From Vicugna vicugna (lineage: Eukaryota): a DNA stretch of 64,000 nucleotides. The notes under the pieces were generated by a model that worked only from the letters and a program-made list of their open reading frames with translations, was not told where the DNA came from and did not search any database. The stretch lies in assembly GCA_013265495.1 (NCBI GenBank), contig MU058213.1:5725149-5789148 (forward strand). The letters run 5' to 3'. The number at the start of each line of letters is the position of its first letter. Positions within the stretch are counted from its first letter, which is position 1. Positions 26,311 through 38,940 of this stretch are shown piece by piece. A program made the translations under genes and the position numbers.

Positions 26311-28480
26311 TACTGAACCCAAGCACTTAAACATCTGGTGACATCTATAAGGACCATTTTAAGTGAAATCTGATGACACAGTAATAGAGAATTCAAATTA
26401 AATTAAATTTTAAGCCACAATTCCAAATTTACACTCACATTTTATAATTTCCTTCTCCCTTGAACTCCATGTTTGACTGTTCTCTTAGTTACTGTCTTCA
26501 TTTTACTTTTATCTATTTTCACTCAGTACATCATCCTAGGATGGCAGTTACTGTTTCAGCACATTCCATTGTCTTCCGGTTTCAACTGTTTCCAATGAGA
26601 AATGAGCTGTCATTTTTACTGTTGCTTCTATGAAGATGACTGGACTTTTTATTGGTTGCTTTTAAGAGTCTATCTCTTGGTGTTTAGACTTTTCTAATAT
26701 TGTGCTAAAGTATTAATTTCTTTGTAAAAGATTTTTCCTGTGATAATTACAGGGCTTAATGAATATGTTGTTTGCTATCATCTGTCGTATCTGGAAAATT
26801 CTCAGCCACTATCTGTCCCTATCTCACTCTCATTTTCTTCCTTCTGAGATATCAATTACACGTATTTTAGACCTCCTTAACATATCACCTCTATCTCTTA
26901 AGCTCTATTCTGTATTTTCTATCCTTTTCTTTCTAAGCCATTTACTCTATTTTCTTATGATATATCATCCAGATCTAAATCCATCAAATTCTTAATTCCT
27001 GTTGTTTTATTCTTCAATTCTAGAATTTCCATTAGGTTCTTATGTTCATTTTCAATTTTCTGCTGAAATTTCTTATTTCATCTTTATCTACTTGAACACA
27101 TCATAAAGTCAGTATCTGTATCTAATCATTTCATTATTCAAATACTTTTAGGTTGTTTACAAGTCTGACACTCTAGCTAGACCGTAAGCTCTTTGAGGGT
27201 GTATACTGTGTCATTTATTCTTGAATGGCTGATATTTGGTAAATAATTTTTTCCCTCTCATTCTTCCATCATACTGTCTTATTTGTTCATATCCTGATAA
27301 TTTGGAACTCGGTGCCAGATAATGTATACAGAAAACCATAGATACAATTTGAGGCTTCAGATTATGATATCTTTCTTGAGAAGATTTATTTTTACTTCTG
27401 GCAAGCAATGAGGTTTGATGCACTAGTAATCCTGGATTATCTTAATCCAATCAGAGATTAAGAAGATGTGATGTGAAACTTTAATCTTGGTAAAGGGGAG
27501 GAAGAACCGCTTCTGATTTACCCCTACCTCTAGGGAGCAACACTTCATTCAAGATCCCAACCTAAAGCCCTACTTAGAAGGCCCTATATAGAATTTTAAT
27601 CTTTAGCCTCAATAATCTGGAGACGTCTATTCAGTTTTTCAATCTCTTAGCTACCTCCTTAGGAACTAGAAGATACAACTAGAGAAAAGGTAGCCCCAGA
27701 TGTCAGTGTCCTCTTTTTTCCCTAAGATTTGGCCTAGTATTTCTTCACAGCCGTCTTTTCTGTCTAATGCCTCCAAACAAATACACAAATGCAGATACAA
27801 ATATAAACATAGATATATATATTTTTTAAAATATTTATATTCTGAGGTCAGGTTGATTTTTATCAGTTGTTCTGAATAGAGGACTATTTATTTCTTGAAA
27901 AATTGTCAATTTTATGTACTGTGAATACTGTCTAAAACCTGTAACTGTCTTCACTTTAAGGTATCTTTTACTCTTAATTTTCATACAGTGAAAAATTAAT
28001 TTTTTAATAGTCAAAGATTTCATGCCTTACTCAAAGTGTTTCTCTACCTCAAAATACAAAATATTTCTTAAACATCTTTTGTCAAATGTCTTTTCAAATC
28101 CTTTTGCCCATTTTTTAATTAGGGATTGTGCATTTTTAAAAGGAATTTAGAGTCATATGAGTTCTTTGCATATTCTAGAGAAGCCTTTTGTCAGATGTGT
28201 GTGTTGTTGACATTCTCACAGTCTGTGGCTTTTTTTGTTTTTACATTTTCTTAACTGTGTCTTTTAAGAAGTTTTTAATTTTGACAAAGTCAAGTTTATA
28301 AAACTTCTTTCTGACAGGTTAAGTATTTTTGTGCTGTAAGAAATTGTTGCCTATTCCAAAGTCACAAAAATATCCCCTATGCTTTTATCTAGTAGCTTCA
28401 GCTTTAAGCATGTAGATTCACTAACCATTTTGAGTTAATTTTGTGTAAGGTGAAACACTGTCGGTTCAGGTTCATTTTTT

Positions 28481-28619
28481 TTAATTTTAATTTTTTATTT
28501 TTTGGAGGGGGAGGTAATTTAGTTTTATTTATTTATTTTTGCTGGAGGTACTGGGGATTGAACCCTGGACCTTGTGCATGCTAGGCACACGCTCTTTGCT
28601 GAGCTTACACCCTCCTCCC
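28481..28619 (-). mobile_element. tRNA-Ala-derived SINE (vic-1-like) nested in old L1
   Basis: GGAGGTACTGGGGATTGAACCCTGGACCTTGTGCATGCTAGGC with a bipartite tail. 14-bp TSD CAGGTTCATTTTTT at 28467-28480 and 28620-28633. Confidence 0.88.
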
Positions 28620-28689
28620 CAGGTTCATTTTTTAGAAATATTGATACCCGATTGTTGCAGTACTGTTTGTGAGACCACTCTTTCCTCCT

Positions 28690-28874
28690 TTATTTTTTAA
28701 CACCTTTATTGTGGTATGATTCCTTAAACTACATATATTTCAGATGTACAACTTGATGAATTCTGATAGATGTATAGTCCAATGAAACCACCACCACAAT
28801 CAAGATAGCTAACAATTCCATCACTCCCCAAGAAGGGCAAATTTCGAACTCCCAATTTATCCCTTCTCACCCCT
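28690..28874 (-). mobile_element. TSD-flanked retroposed insert made of two L1-derived segments
   Basis: 11-bp TSD TCTTTCCTCCT at 28679-28689 and 28875-28885. AATAAA plus a short A-tail on the minus strand. Confidence 0.7.
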
Positions 28875-31800
28875 TCTTTCCTCCTCTAAATTACCTTGGG
28901 ACTTCTATGAAAATCAGCTGACCACACAGATTCTCTATTCCGTTCCACAATCTATATGTCTATCCTGAATTTAGGGGACACCATCTTGATTACCATGGCT
29001 TTATAGTAAGTCTTAAAACCAACTGGTATAAATCCTCTTGCTTTGCTCCTTTTGGAAAACTGTTTTGGCTTTTCTAGGTCCTTTACATTTCTGTGTAACA
29101 TTTAGAATCTGTTTGTCAATTAATTACTATATAAATCACCACTGGGGGATTATATTTGGTTCTTTTATTATAATTTCTATTCTTCTTTGTTTTCATAGTT
29201 TTTTGTAATTCTTTGAACATAATAATAATGGTTGTTTTAACTTCCTCGTGTGCTAATGCCTATAATGTCTAGTCTGTTTCTATCTGGGTAGCTTTTTGTG
29301 CTGACTGTGGATCACATTTTTCAACTTCTTGAACTTCTTGTCATCTAGCAATGATTTTTGAATGCTAACAGTGTAAATGTTACATTGCTGAGTATCTGCA
29401 TTCAGTGTCCTCCTTTAACAAGTATTATTGAGCTATGTTCTGACAGGCAGTTAATTTACATGAAAATCACCTTGATCTTTCTGAAGCTTGGTTTTTCCAC
29501 TTAGTTAGGGCAGGTCTGGAGTAGCCTTTAGTTTAGCATGAGGTTAGCCTGCTCCTAGTATGGCTTGAAATCTCTACCGGGTATAATTTCTGATATTTCT
29601 TCAGTTCACAGATTCCTCAGCAGTTTTTTGTTCTCCAATAGTCTTCTCACAGAATCTCACCCTATGCAAGCACAGCTTAGAATCCGGCTAAGACTCAAGG
29701 CGACCCCCATGCAGGTATCTGGAGCTTTTTTTCAGTATAGCTCTCTCCTCTCAGATACTCTGTCCATAAATCCAGATACCTCCGCCTTCCTGAACTTTAT
29801 CCTGTCTCTTCAATTCTGCAAGTGTGCAGTGTACTTCTTACTCTTCTTGAGATGCTCTTCATTGTGCCATTCCTGAAAGTTTGCCCCCAGTCAAAAAGTC
29901 AAGGGAATCACGGAGATATTTAATTCTCCTCTCTCACAGATCTCACTCCTGCACTGCCTATTGGCCAGTATTTTAGAACAATTGTTCCCCTCTCTTCCTC
30001 TCTCTTTGTTCCCCCTAGTTTTCTAGTTGTTTTTGTTTGTTTGTTTGCTTTGTTTTGCAGGATGGCTAGTTGGATACCAGTTACTCCATCAGAACGGGAA
30101 GGGGAAATCTCCACTTGTCCTACGAAGAGTTTCAAAGTATTTGTTTTAGATGTGTAATACTGTATCTAGAATTTTGTTTGGTTTTAAATATAATGGGAGA
30201 TGAAGATCCAACTCCATCTTTTCCCCAATGGATAAAACATTTTTTCTGACTCCACTTATTCAATGATCTCTCTACTTTTTCTCACTGATTTGAAATTTCA
30301 CCTCTATCACATAACAAAGTTTCATGAGGATTCAGTTCTATTCCTTTGGTCAATTTGTTCATCCTCACGATACTATCACACCCACAATTACTACAGTAAG
30401 TCTTAGTATCTTCTAGGGTAAATTCCTCGTTCCTACTGACCACCTTCAGATGGGCCTTATTTCTTTTTGGCCTTTACTTTTTTTTATAATATTTTAGACC
30501 CATCAAGCGCTATGAAAAACTGTGCTGTAATATGCATGGAATTGCACTGAATCTATAAATCAATATAAGGAAAAGAAATATTTTTATATTAGGTAGTATG
30601 TTCCACTAATATAGTATATCTCTCCATAATAAAAACAATTGTAACATTTCTTACATAGTTCTATAATTTTCCTTTTAAGTCCTATAATTCTTTGCTCATT
30701 TATTCTTCAATACATGATATTCTTGATACTATTATTAATGATAGCCTCCTTTACATTTTATTTCTGGTGTTCTACTGTTGATATAAAAAAAATGCAACCT
30801 ACTTTTGTGTATTAACGTTTTATCTAGCCACTGTAAACTCTATTATATCTAGCGATCTGTAGTCGCATCCTCTATATCCACATTGCTCCCTTATACAAGC
30901 CATTATCACTTCTCAACTGAATAACTGCAACAACTTCTAATTAGTCTCCCAGTCTCTAGCCTTGCACTCCACCCTGGAGCTAAGAATTCTTTACTGGTCT
31001 TGCTATCTTTCTGACCTCTGTATATACTGCTCCTCCTATCTTTCTACCTCTTCACAGTCAACCTAACTTCTGCTTATTCTTTTAGTTTTTGATTATTGTC
31101 CTCAAATATTTCCAAGGCTAGGTTAACTAGTCTTCTTCTGTGTAGAATATCACTCTTTGCTTAATTCTTTTCTATTTCTTACTACCTTTAATTTTTCTGT
31201 GTCTCCAATTAAATTATAAATGTTTTGAGGGCAGCCTTCAACTTAATTTCTACATATTCCCAGAACCTATCAAGATCTTCTAACATATCAATAGAAAATT
31301 GTTCAACAAATGCAAGAATAAAATCTCACTTATATTTGAAAGATCCTTTTGAAATTTATGTCATTTTGCAGATCAAGAAACAGACAAATCACATTTGTGA
31401 CTCAAGAAACTACTTTTAGAAAGGATGTCCAAAATACATGATAAATGTTTTATTATAAAAAAATAATTTTTTCATTTTAAATTTGTGTTTTTAATAATTA
31501 TAAACCTACCAACTATGACGAAAATAAAAGAGGTCAAAAAAAAGAATTAAAGATCAATAGTCAATGGCAGAAAAACTTACAATTAAAATACCAGAAGTAC
31601 TGTCATTTTTTTAGGGGAACCATCTTGGTTTGCTTAGAGACACACAAATCAATGCTAAGTCCCTGGCAAACCAGAGGAAGTAGGTCACTTTAATTTTCAT
31701 ATGAATACAAACACATTTATACAAAACACATGTTCAGGCTGGATTTTTTTTAACTTTATTATAAAACATGTAGGAGTATATTTTGGACATGTAATTTGTT

Positions 31801-32007
31801 TTTGAGTCATGCAGATCTGTACTGAAATCTCAGTATCAAGTTTTTGATATAAAGTTACCTGGCATCTCTGAGCATTAAAATATATAAATGTTTCCCCCAT
31901 AGTGGTATAAGTCTTTTATATATCCTAGACCATACATTTTTAATGTAGGAACACATGCCCAAGCTCATTTTTATTTCTTAAACAAAAGCTGGTATTAAAA
32001 TCCTTAC

Positions 32008-32105
32008 CTGTGTTACTTCTACACCAGTCATCTGGTACTTCTTCATCCTTTCAAATACTGAATGATCTGCACAGCCCCCCTGGGGACCATATTTATGGGG
32101 ATAGT
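32008..32105 (-). CDS. ADAM10: ADAM10 exon 5 (98 bp), prodomain with cysteine-switch Cys
   Basis: AG acceptor, GTAAGG donor. Encodes (N)[32 protein letters not shown]. The frame is preserved. Confidence 0.96.
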
Positions 32106-32447
32106 CTAAAACACAAAGAAGAAATGTCATTACTGTCACATGTTTAGATATTACCAATTATCTTATAAATGAAAATTTAACTGTCATAATTAATGAAAGC
32201 CACAAAAGCTTATTGAGAACCACTGGGAAAGGTATTGTGCTAGTCGTTCACATTTTAAGAGCTGGCAGGTTCTAAAGCTCTCCTTCAATAAAACATCACA
32301 GGGCTCTAGATTTTTGTCATACAAATAATTTGTGAATTCTAAAAGAGAAAAATAATCACTCTTTATTCTAGGTTTAACTTTCCCAACCTTATTCACTCTC
32401 GATACATAGAGCATATTAATACTGCAATTTACTTCATTTTCTAAAAC

Positions 32448-32570
32448 AATTTTTATTGATTTATAATCATTTTACAATGTTGTGTCAAACTCTAGTGTAG
32501 AGCACAATTTTTCAGTCATATATGAACATATTTATATACATTGTCACATTTTTTTCTATGTGAGCTACCG
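32448..32570 (-). mobile_element. Short truncated 3' end of a young L1 family
   Basis: The reverse complement matches the 3' end of the element at 57891-58340 (GTGCTCTACACT.GA.TTTGACACAACATTGTAAAATGA.TATAA). Confidence 0.8.
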
Positions 32571-33219
32571 TAATATTTCATTTTTTTTAACCTTCCCTTC
32601 AAACACATTAAATTTCTTATTCTGCAAATGTACAAGATCATCTTAATCTGAACTACCATTAGGCTGATAGAATATATTTGGTTGAATGCCAACTGGCCTT
32701 AAGGAAAAGTAAACTAGAAACATGCTCCATAGCACAGTAAAAGCAGATTGAGTTTAGATTTCTTCAATGTATAATTCAAGTGAATGCTTTACAAAGCAAT
32801 AACTATTTTATTATCATTTGTTTTCCTTTTATAATTAAACAGTGATTACTTTAGTCTTAACTGAATTGGTTCTATTTTCAAAGAGCTGTCCAATTTAGTG
32901 TAGTTATTTAAAAGTCTATTCAACTCTCCCAAAGTTCACATACTTCCCCCTTATTAAGGTTCTCCTTAGTTTATGAATAAATTTTATAATTCAATCTAGT
33001 AATCATAATTAAGAGAACTGTCAAAATAAAATACCAAGACTTAGGTGAGAGGGGAAGCACTGAAACATCCTTAAGTAGCATACAGATACAATACACAGAA
33101 TTACAATTAGAAACACTGTTTAAGTAAATCTAGAATCTAAAGCAGACACTAGTGACCTATTTTTCACTGAAATACTAGTTAAATACTACAGTACAAATCT
33201 AAACTGGCAGGTAGAGGGT

Positions 33220-34230
33220 AGGAATTATGGACAACCGACACATATGCATATAACATACATATAACAGCTACATATAACGGCTCCAATTTAAACTTTAAAT
33301 TCATTTTTATCAGAGGTCAAGACCTTAACAGCTATAAAAATCTCAATTAGTAAGTGTGAAAGAAATGACAGACTTAAAAATTTACCATTGTTACCACCCT
33401 ACAAGTAAAAACTGATTTAGGAAAGGATCATCAATGGTTGCTACACCTGTTGGGGGAAAGACGCCTGATATGTAGGATATTTAAAGTCTCTGAAAGTATC
33501 ACCCTACAGATCAGTTATTAATTATAAGGGGAAAGGCACCTTCACATCAAAGAGAAACAGGAATTATTGTTCATTTACCCAGTGATAAAACTAAGCATTA
33601 CCAGAATAGAACAATGTTATTATGTGCCTCTTGTGATGCAGTAAGAAATGCAGCTTCACCTACGCAGTATTGTTGGCAAAATACGGCAACTGAATCTAAT
33701 CATGAATAAACAACGAGACACACTGAGAATGTAGGACATTCTATTAGTCACTGACCTAGACACGTGAAAAAAAAACAATTTTCTGTTATTAAAAAACAGA
33801 AAAGTCAAGAACTGGGGAGGGGGATGTGTAAAGGGACTCAGTAATTAAGACACTAAAAGAGACATAATAAACAAAGGCAAAAAAAAGTATTTTAAGATAA
33901 CTGGAGAAATTTTATCATACATTGTACAGTAAATAACATTACTGAATTAATGCTAAGGTTTAGGGGTGAAACACAATTTTAGCTATTTAGGAAACATACA
34001 TATTCTTAGGAGATGAGTGCTGAAGTATTTAGCAGTGAAGTTTTTCAATGTCTGCAATCTGCTTTCAAATGATTTCCCAAAAAAAAGTGTATGGCAGTGG
34101 GGGGTGGTAGGTAGTGGGGCGTGCAGTGCAAAATGTTTTTTTTAAATGGCAAACCTGGGAGAAGGATATATGTGTTCATTGCATAATTCTTTTAACTCTT
34201 TTTAAGTTTGAAATGTTCTAAATAAACCTA
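33220..34230 (+). mobile_element. Old L1 3' UTR region (L1MC-like)
   Basis: CTGAATCTAATCATGAATAAACAA, ATTCTTAGGAGATGAGTGCTGAAGTATTTAG, AAGTTTGAAATGTTCTAAATAAA. Confidence 0.65.
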
Positions 34231-34871
34231 GGACTAAACAGTTGCAGTATTGGTGGAACAAGTTCAAATGATTTCAAAGTGGAAAACTAACACAACTAAA
34301 GTGTTGAATGAGAAAAAAATCTAATATTTATTATTTAAATGTTTCAAAGGTTGGTTTTGGGAAAGTGAAAATACAATCCCATCCAACATATATCTAATAA
34401 GAATCTACCGCAAAGGCTGGAAAGTTTTCCAGTGTAATATGCCAAGATATTCAATCTCACCTTTTAGTAGATTTGCAGTATTATCACAATGCATTCCTCT
34501 GCTACTAAAATTTTAACATGGAAATGTCCCAGTGACCCTTGTCCAGATTCTTAATGGAATCTAGCTTGTCTGAACCACCAGCTGAAGAAGTTTCTCCATG
34601 CTAAGAAAACTCATTTCAATAAACAAAGAAAAAAAGGACAGGCACATTCATAGACAAGTGTACACACACACTTAAGTTCCTTATTCAGTTAATAAACTTT
34701 AAATCCCTTGGAATTTTGCTACTTGCTTTAATTGTAATATGAAGCCAAGTCCATAGTTTGACATTATTTATACATCCACCATTTGGTGTTATTTTACCCC
34801 AATACTGGGATAGTCCAGTCTCCAACAAGTAAAAATGTGGCCTGATTCATTCACTAACTTTCCTTTAAAAA

Positions 34872-35008
34872 AAAAAATTTTAATGGGGGGAAGGGTAATT
34901 TTAGGTTTATTTGTTTTGTTTTGTTTTTTTGAACAGAGGTACTGGGAATTGAACCCAGGACTTTGTGCATGCTAGGCATGCACTCTGCCACTAAGCTATA
35001 CCTTCCCC
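34872..35008 (-). mobile_element. tRNA-Ala-derived SINE (vic-1-like)
   Basis: GAGGTACTGGGAATTGAACCCAGGACTTTGTGCATGCTAGGCATGCACTCTGCCACTAAGCTATACCTTCCCC. Flanked by CTTTC[C/T]TTTAAA repeats. Confidence 0.88.
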
Positions 35009-35733
35009 GCTTTCTTTTAAATCATGGACTTATCTATTTCTTACAAGATAACAATGTGAACCAGGAGCAATGGGTCTGCTGACCCTAGGAGCAAATAAGT
35101 TAAAAAATGCTTATAGAGTACTGATACACGAAATATTTTACCACAGAAAAATGAAAGAGACTACTGTATACATTTTCAAAAGCTTATTTCAATTTCTGTT
35201 CCAAAGTGATAAGCAACTAACTTATGATTCAATTAGTACGTTCTGTTCTTATTCTTCCTTTATGGGTCAGTTTGTGGTGCCTTGATTTAGATTTGTTTAT
35301 TAAGTCAATGTTTAAGTTAATCAGAATCTACTTTTCCATTTACCTTAGGTTATTTTAAATTCAGTGAAATAAACGTATCTGCAATATTTTATGAAATTTT
35401 ATAAAGAGCTGAATTAGATATCTCACAACACACACACACACACACGAGCTTTTTAAAAACTATAGCTCAAAATTATCATGAAGTTTCTTAAAACCATCGC
35501 AATAACTTCATTACTCAAACCGCTCTCTCTAGCACAGATATGAACACAGACACTGGTGCATGTACATCGATGACCCCACTCCCAAATAAAAATCTATTTA
35601 ACTGATACTTCCAAAAGAAGCACCATTGATTAAATCATTACATCCAGTTTCCAGGTGAACTCTCCCTGAACATCTACCATACCTAGTCTCTCCATCCCTC
35701 ACATTTCACCATCACCAAATTTTTAAAGAATCT

Positions 35734-35852
35734 GTTTTGGTTTGGTTTGTATTTAGGTTTATTTATTTATTTATTACTTTTGGTGGAGGTACCAGGGATT
35801 GAATCTCATGCATGCTAGACTCGCAATCTACCACTGAACTACACCCTCCCCC
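35734..35852 (-). mobile_element. tRNA-Ala-derived SINE (vic-1-like), small internal deletion
   Basis: GGAGGTACCAGGGATTGAATCTCATGCATGCTAG...CTACCACTGAACTACACCCTCCCC with a (TTTA)n tail. Confidence 0.82.
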
Positions 35853-36039
35853 ACACACACCCCCAATTTTTTTTTAAGTGTATGGGGCAAGAGGGATTAG
35901 GGAATAATGTGTTTAGCAAAATACACAACCTTCTGAAAACCCTTTATATCACCTATCAATCACTGAACCAATAAAAAGTTTTTAAATGTTCAAAGATTTT
36001 ATTCGAAAAAACCATTTTACTCTTGGCACAGTTTGGCAG

Positions 36040-36400
36040 TCATTGACCAAACTGTGGTTCCTCATCATGTACATTATGTACAAAGCGAGACTAAGCTTCT
36101 CAGCCTCCCTTCCAAGCTAGGTGTGACAAATAACCGAGTTCTAGCTGAAGGAATGGGAGCAGTAGTTAAGTGCACTAGCCAGGATCCTCCCATGCTCTTT
36201 CCCCCTTCTGAATGGCTGGTAGGAGGCAAGTTGGGAATGGCAGAGCAATATGGGCACAAAGTAAAGCAGCCAAGATTCCTGACTCATTTCGTAAAGAAAA
36301 GCTGCCTGATTAGGATACTCACATTAAACTCTGACATACTGAGAAATGAGCTTTCAGTGCCTTTTGTCACTCCATTTGGGGGCTTTTAGTACTATAGATA
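36040..36400. mobile_element. ERVL-MaLR (MLT1-like) LTR remnant
   Basis: CAGCCTCCCTTCCAAGCTAGGTGTGAC...GAGTTCTAGC...GGATGGCAGAGCAA-like motifs. Confidence 0.55.
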
Positions 36401-38699
36401 GCACTACCTTTAAGACATGGCAAAAACTTTTTTTGTTAAGTAGAATAGAACTCATTATATATCTGATCTCCACTGGCATTTGGCAAGTTTTTCCTGTCCT
36501 ACACAGAAAATAATCCTGGCCCAGCATTTCAGAAACTTTTTTTTTTCTTTGTTTTACTTCAGAAACTGTTTAACAGTGTTAGTTTTCATTGTTGTTTTCT
36601 AAACACTTTCCTTTTTAACTAGTTTTCACTCATTCCAAGACACAACTTTTGCCAAAAAAATCAGTCATACAGTTAAGCTGAAGACTGATATTCACACAAT
36701 AGTAATAATTCCATCTTTTAACTAAAGATAGAAGCTGGGAGGTTCTGCAACACCCAGATTAAATATTTTGCATGCTTAGAGAAATAAGTGCTATTATCAT
36801 TTTTCAAACAGCTTTTCAAGAGAATTTACTGAATGCAAGATTTTCAGTTTTAGAGCAAAAAACTGTGAGGTCCATTAACAATCTAGTTGTCAGTCCACCA
36901 TATGTCAAAACAACATTTTTGTTTTCATATATAATTCAGTTCAATTAATATACTTCAAGATATGGTGAAGTCAGTTGATATGCCTGAATTTATTCAAATG
37001 TGAGATATACCAATTATCATAATATAATCATTATAGAAACTAGGTTTACCCTTCATTCAAGGCATATGATAAAATACATTTTGAATCTGCTCCTACACAG
37101 GCACAAAAGAGCTGCTACAAAGTATTTCTGGAAGAGACAATTTCATAGCTTCCAAACACTGAACAACTACATGTACAGAGCATTTAACTAAACATCTTAC
37201 AAAATTTAGGAACAGAAAATAATCACTATCTTAACTGTAGCATCATCTTCTTTAACGTAATGGTAAAGGAAACCAATGAAGAATATACATATCTGATTTA
37301 TAGATAATCAGCATTCCCTATTATATAGTATTCCAATAAAATATACTTTCCAGATATTAATAATACTAAGCATATTGGCACCGATGCTGGGCATTTGAAC
37401 ATTAAGATTAAGGTAATCAAACAACTACTATCTAATGGGTACCTCATCTATTTGATAAAATATGTAAAGTTGATTTATATACATAAGCATACACATATAC
37501 ACATACATATATGTATTTGTGACACTGTAGAGATAGCTGATATTCGAGTGAATTTCTTTCCTACCACTCCTCCACACAGTCAGAAGCCCGGCAAGTACCA
37601 ATGTAATACCATACTGCCATTTGGCTAATATCAGCAGTAGCTGAAAGGAAGCCAGCAGATAATAATGAAAAGAACAACCATCTAGCAGGCTATCACTCCC
37701 CAGGGTAAAAAAGTGGCCTGGATTCGATAGTAAGATTGCCCTGCCACTATCCCACCCACAGTGGGCAGCATTTGGTTGGAATCAACAGAGTACTTACGTT
37801 TCACAAAATCACCTCTTCTGGTCCATCATCTGGCAGGGGTCAAGAGAATTATTCATTCTGCAGCATTTCTTGCCTCCATCAGGAGGACACCAGCAGGAAT
37901 CAAGGGCCCAGAATTCTCCCTGTTCTTGGGAAGACATTCCCCTGCCCCTCACTTCACTAAACACTCACAGCTGTTGACCATATTTTGCCTGAGGACCATC
38001 AAGACTATTCTCATTAGGGCCCGGCTTTCACAGCCAGGAGACTATACCCTCAACTACTCCAACCTACTATAGGTATTTGCTACCTCCAAGTCACTACTTC
38101 CCTCTATTACCTCATGTTTTGCTCCTAACTCCCTGTCACGCTCTCTGACACCACCCCATCGTAATTCTTAGTTACTCCAACATTCGCGTTGATGATCCTT
38201 CCAATACAGTCATACTACATTTTCTCCACTGGTCTTCCCCTACCTCAACATCTCACTCACATGCTCACACTCTTGAACCTGTCATTACTGATTAATCTCA
38301 ACTTCCGCATCTTACTCTCTTTCCACCACTCATCTTTTCAGAGCACTCTCTTTAGACTCCAACAAAACATCACAAAAACCCTTCAATCCACCAATGCTAC
38401 CATCCAGTTCACCACTGGACATTCTCTTTCTCCTTATTCAGCTTAAATCCCGTAGTTAATTTTTATTATAATTACTCCACTGCATTTGCCTTAAAGTCCC
38501 TTGCCATCCCCACCCAACTCTAACCAAAACCTGTTTAAGTTCAACCCTCTACCTGTACCCCTCCAGCTGAAGGAGAAACTGGTGACTATATTCTCACTCA
38601 AAAATCATAATCTGTAACCTCAAGCAGTTCCTTTATGCCATCTGGCAATGATACTGCATTTCCGGAGTCCATTCTCAGTCCTATTTCACTATTTAACTA

Positions 38700-38940
38700 C
38701 AGGCAGTCCTTGCATTGCCACATTAGTACAAGCACTAAAACTGACCATGCAAGTTCAAACTATGCCAAGTGAGCTGAACAATCAAGGGGGAAAATTACAA
38801 CTATTCCATGACCTTCACAACTTTTTGTCAAAATACTAAAACTCTCTTATTGTTTACAAATGTATAGGGGAATGAAAAGTAATAAGACTATTACTTATTT
38901 AGTACAGTGTAATTTAAAACATTAGAAACATCAGAAACTA
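38700..38940. mobile_element. TcMar-Tigger element, one end (Tigger8-like)
   Basis: TA followed by a CAGGCAGTCCT terminus and AAAACTGACCATGCAAG. The second terminus was not found. Confidence 0.55.

Larger units (their letters stand above)
26440..30850 (-). mobile_element. Large mosaic of ancient L1 fragments with nested younger insertions
   Basis: Continuous T-rich L1 signatures (TTCAAATCCTTTTGCCCATTTTT, CCATTTTGAGTTAATTTTGTG, CTTTATAGTAAGTCTTAAAA, GGAATTGCACTGAATCTATAAATCAAT). Confidence 0.75.

Noticed and set aside
25838..26341. 167-aa plus-strand ORF, the longest in the track
   Set aside because: It lies in a degenerate L2 remnant, with no recognisable domain or splice context.
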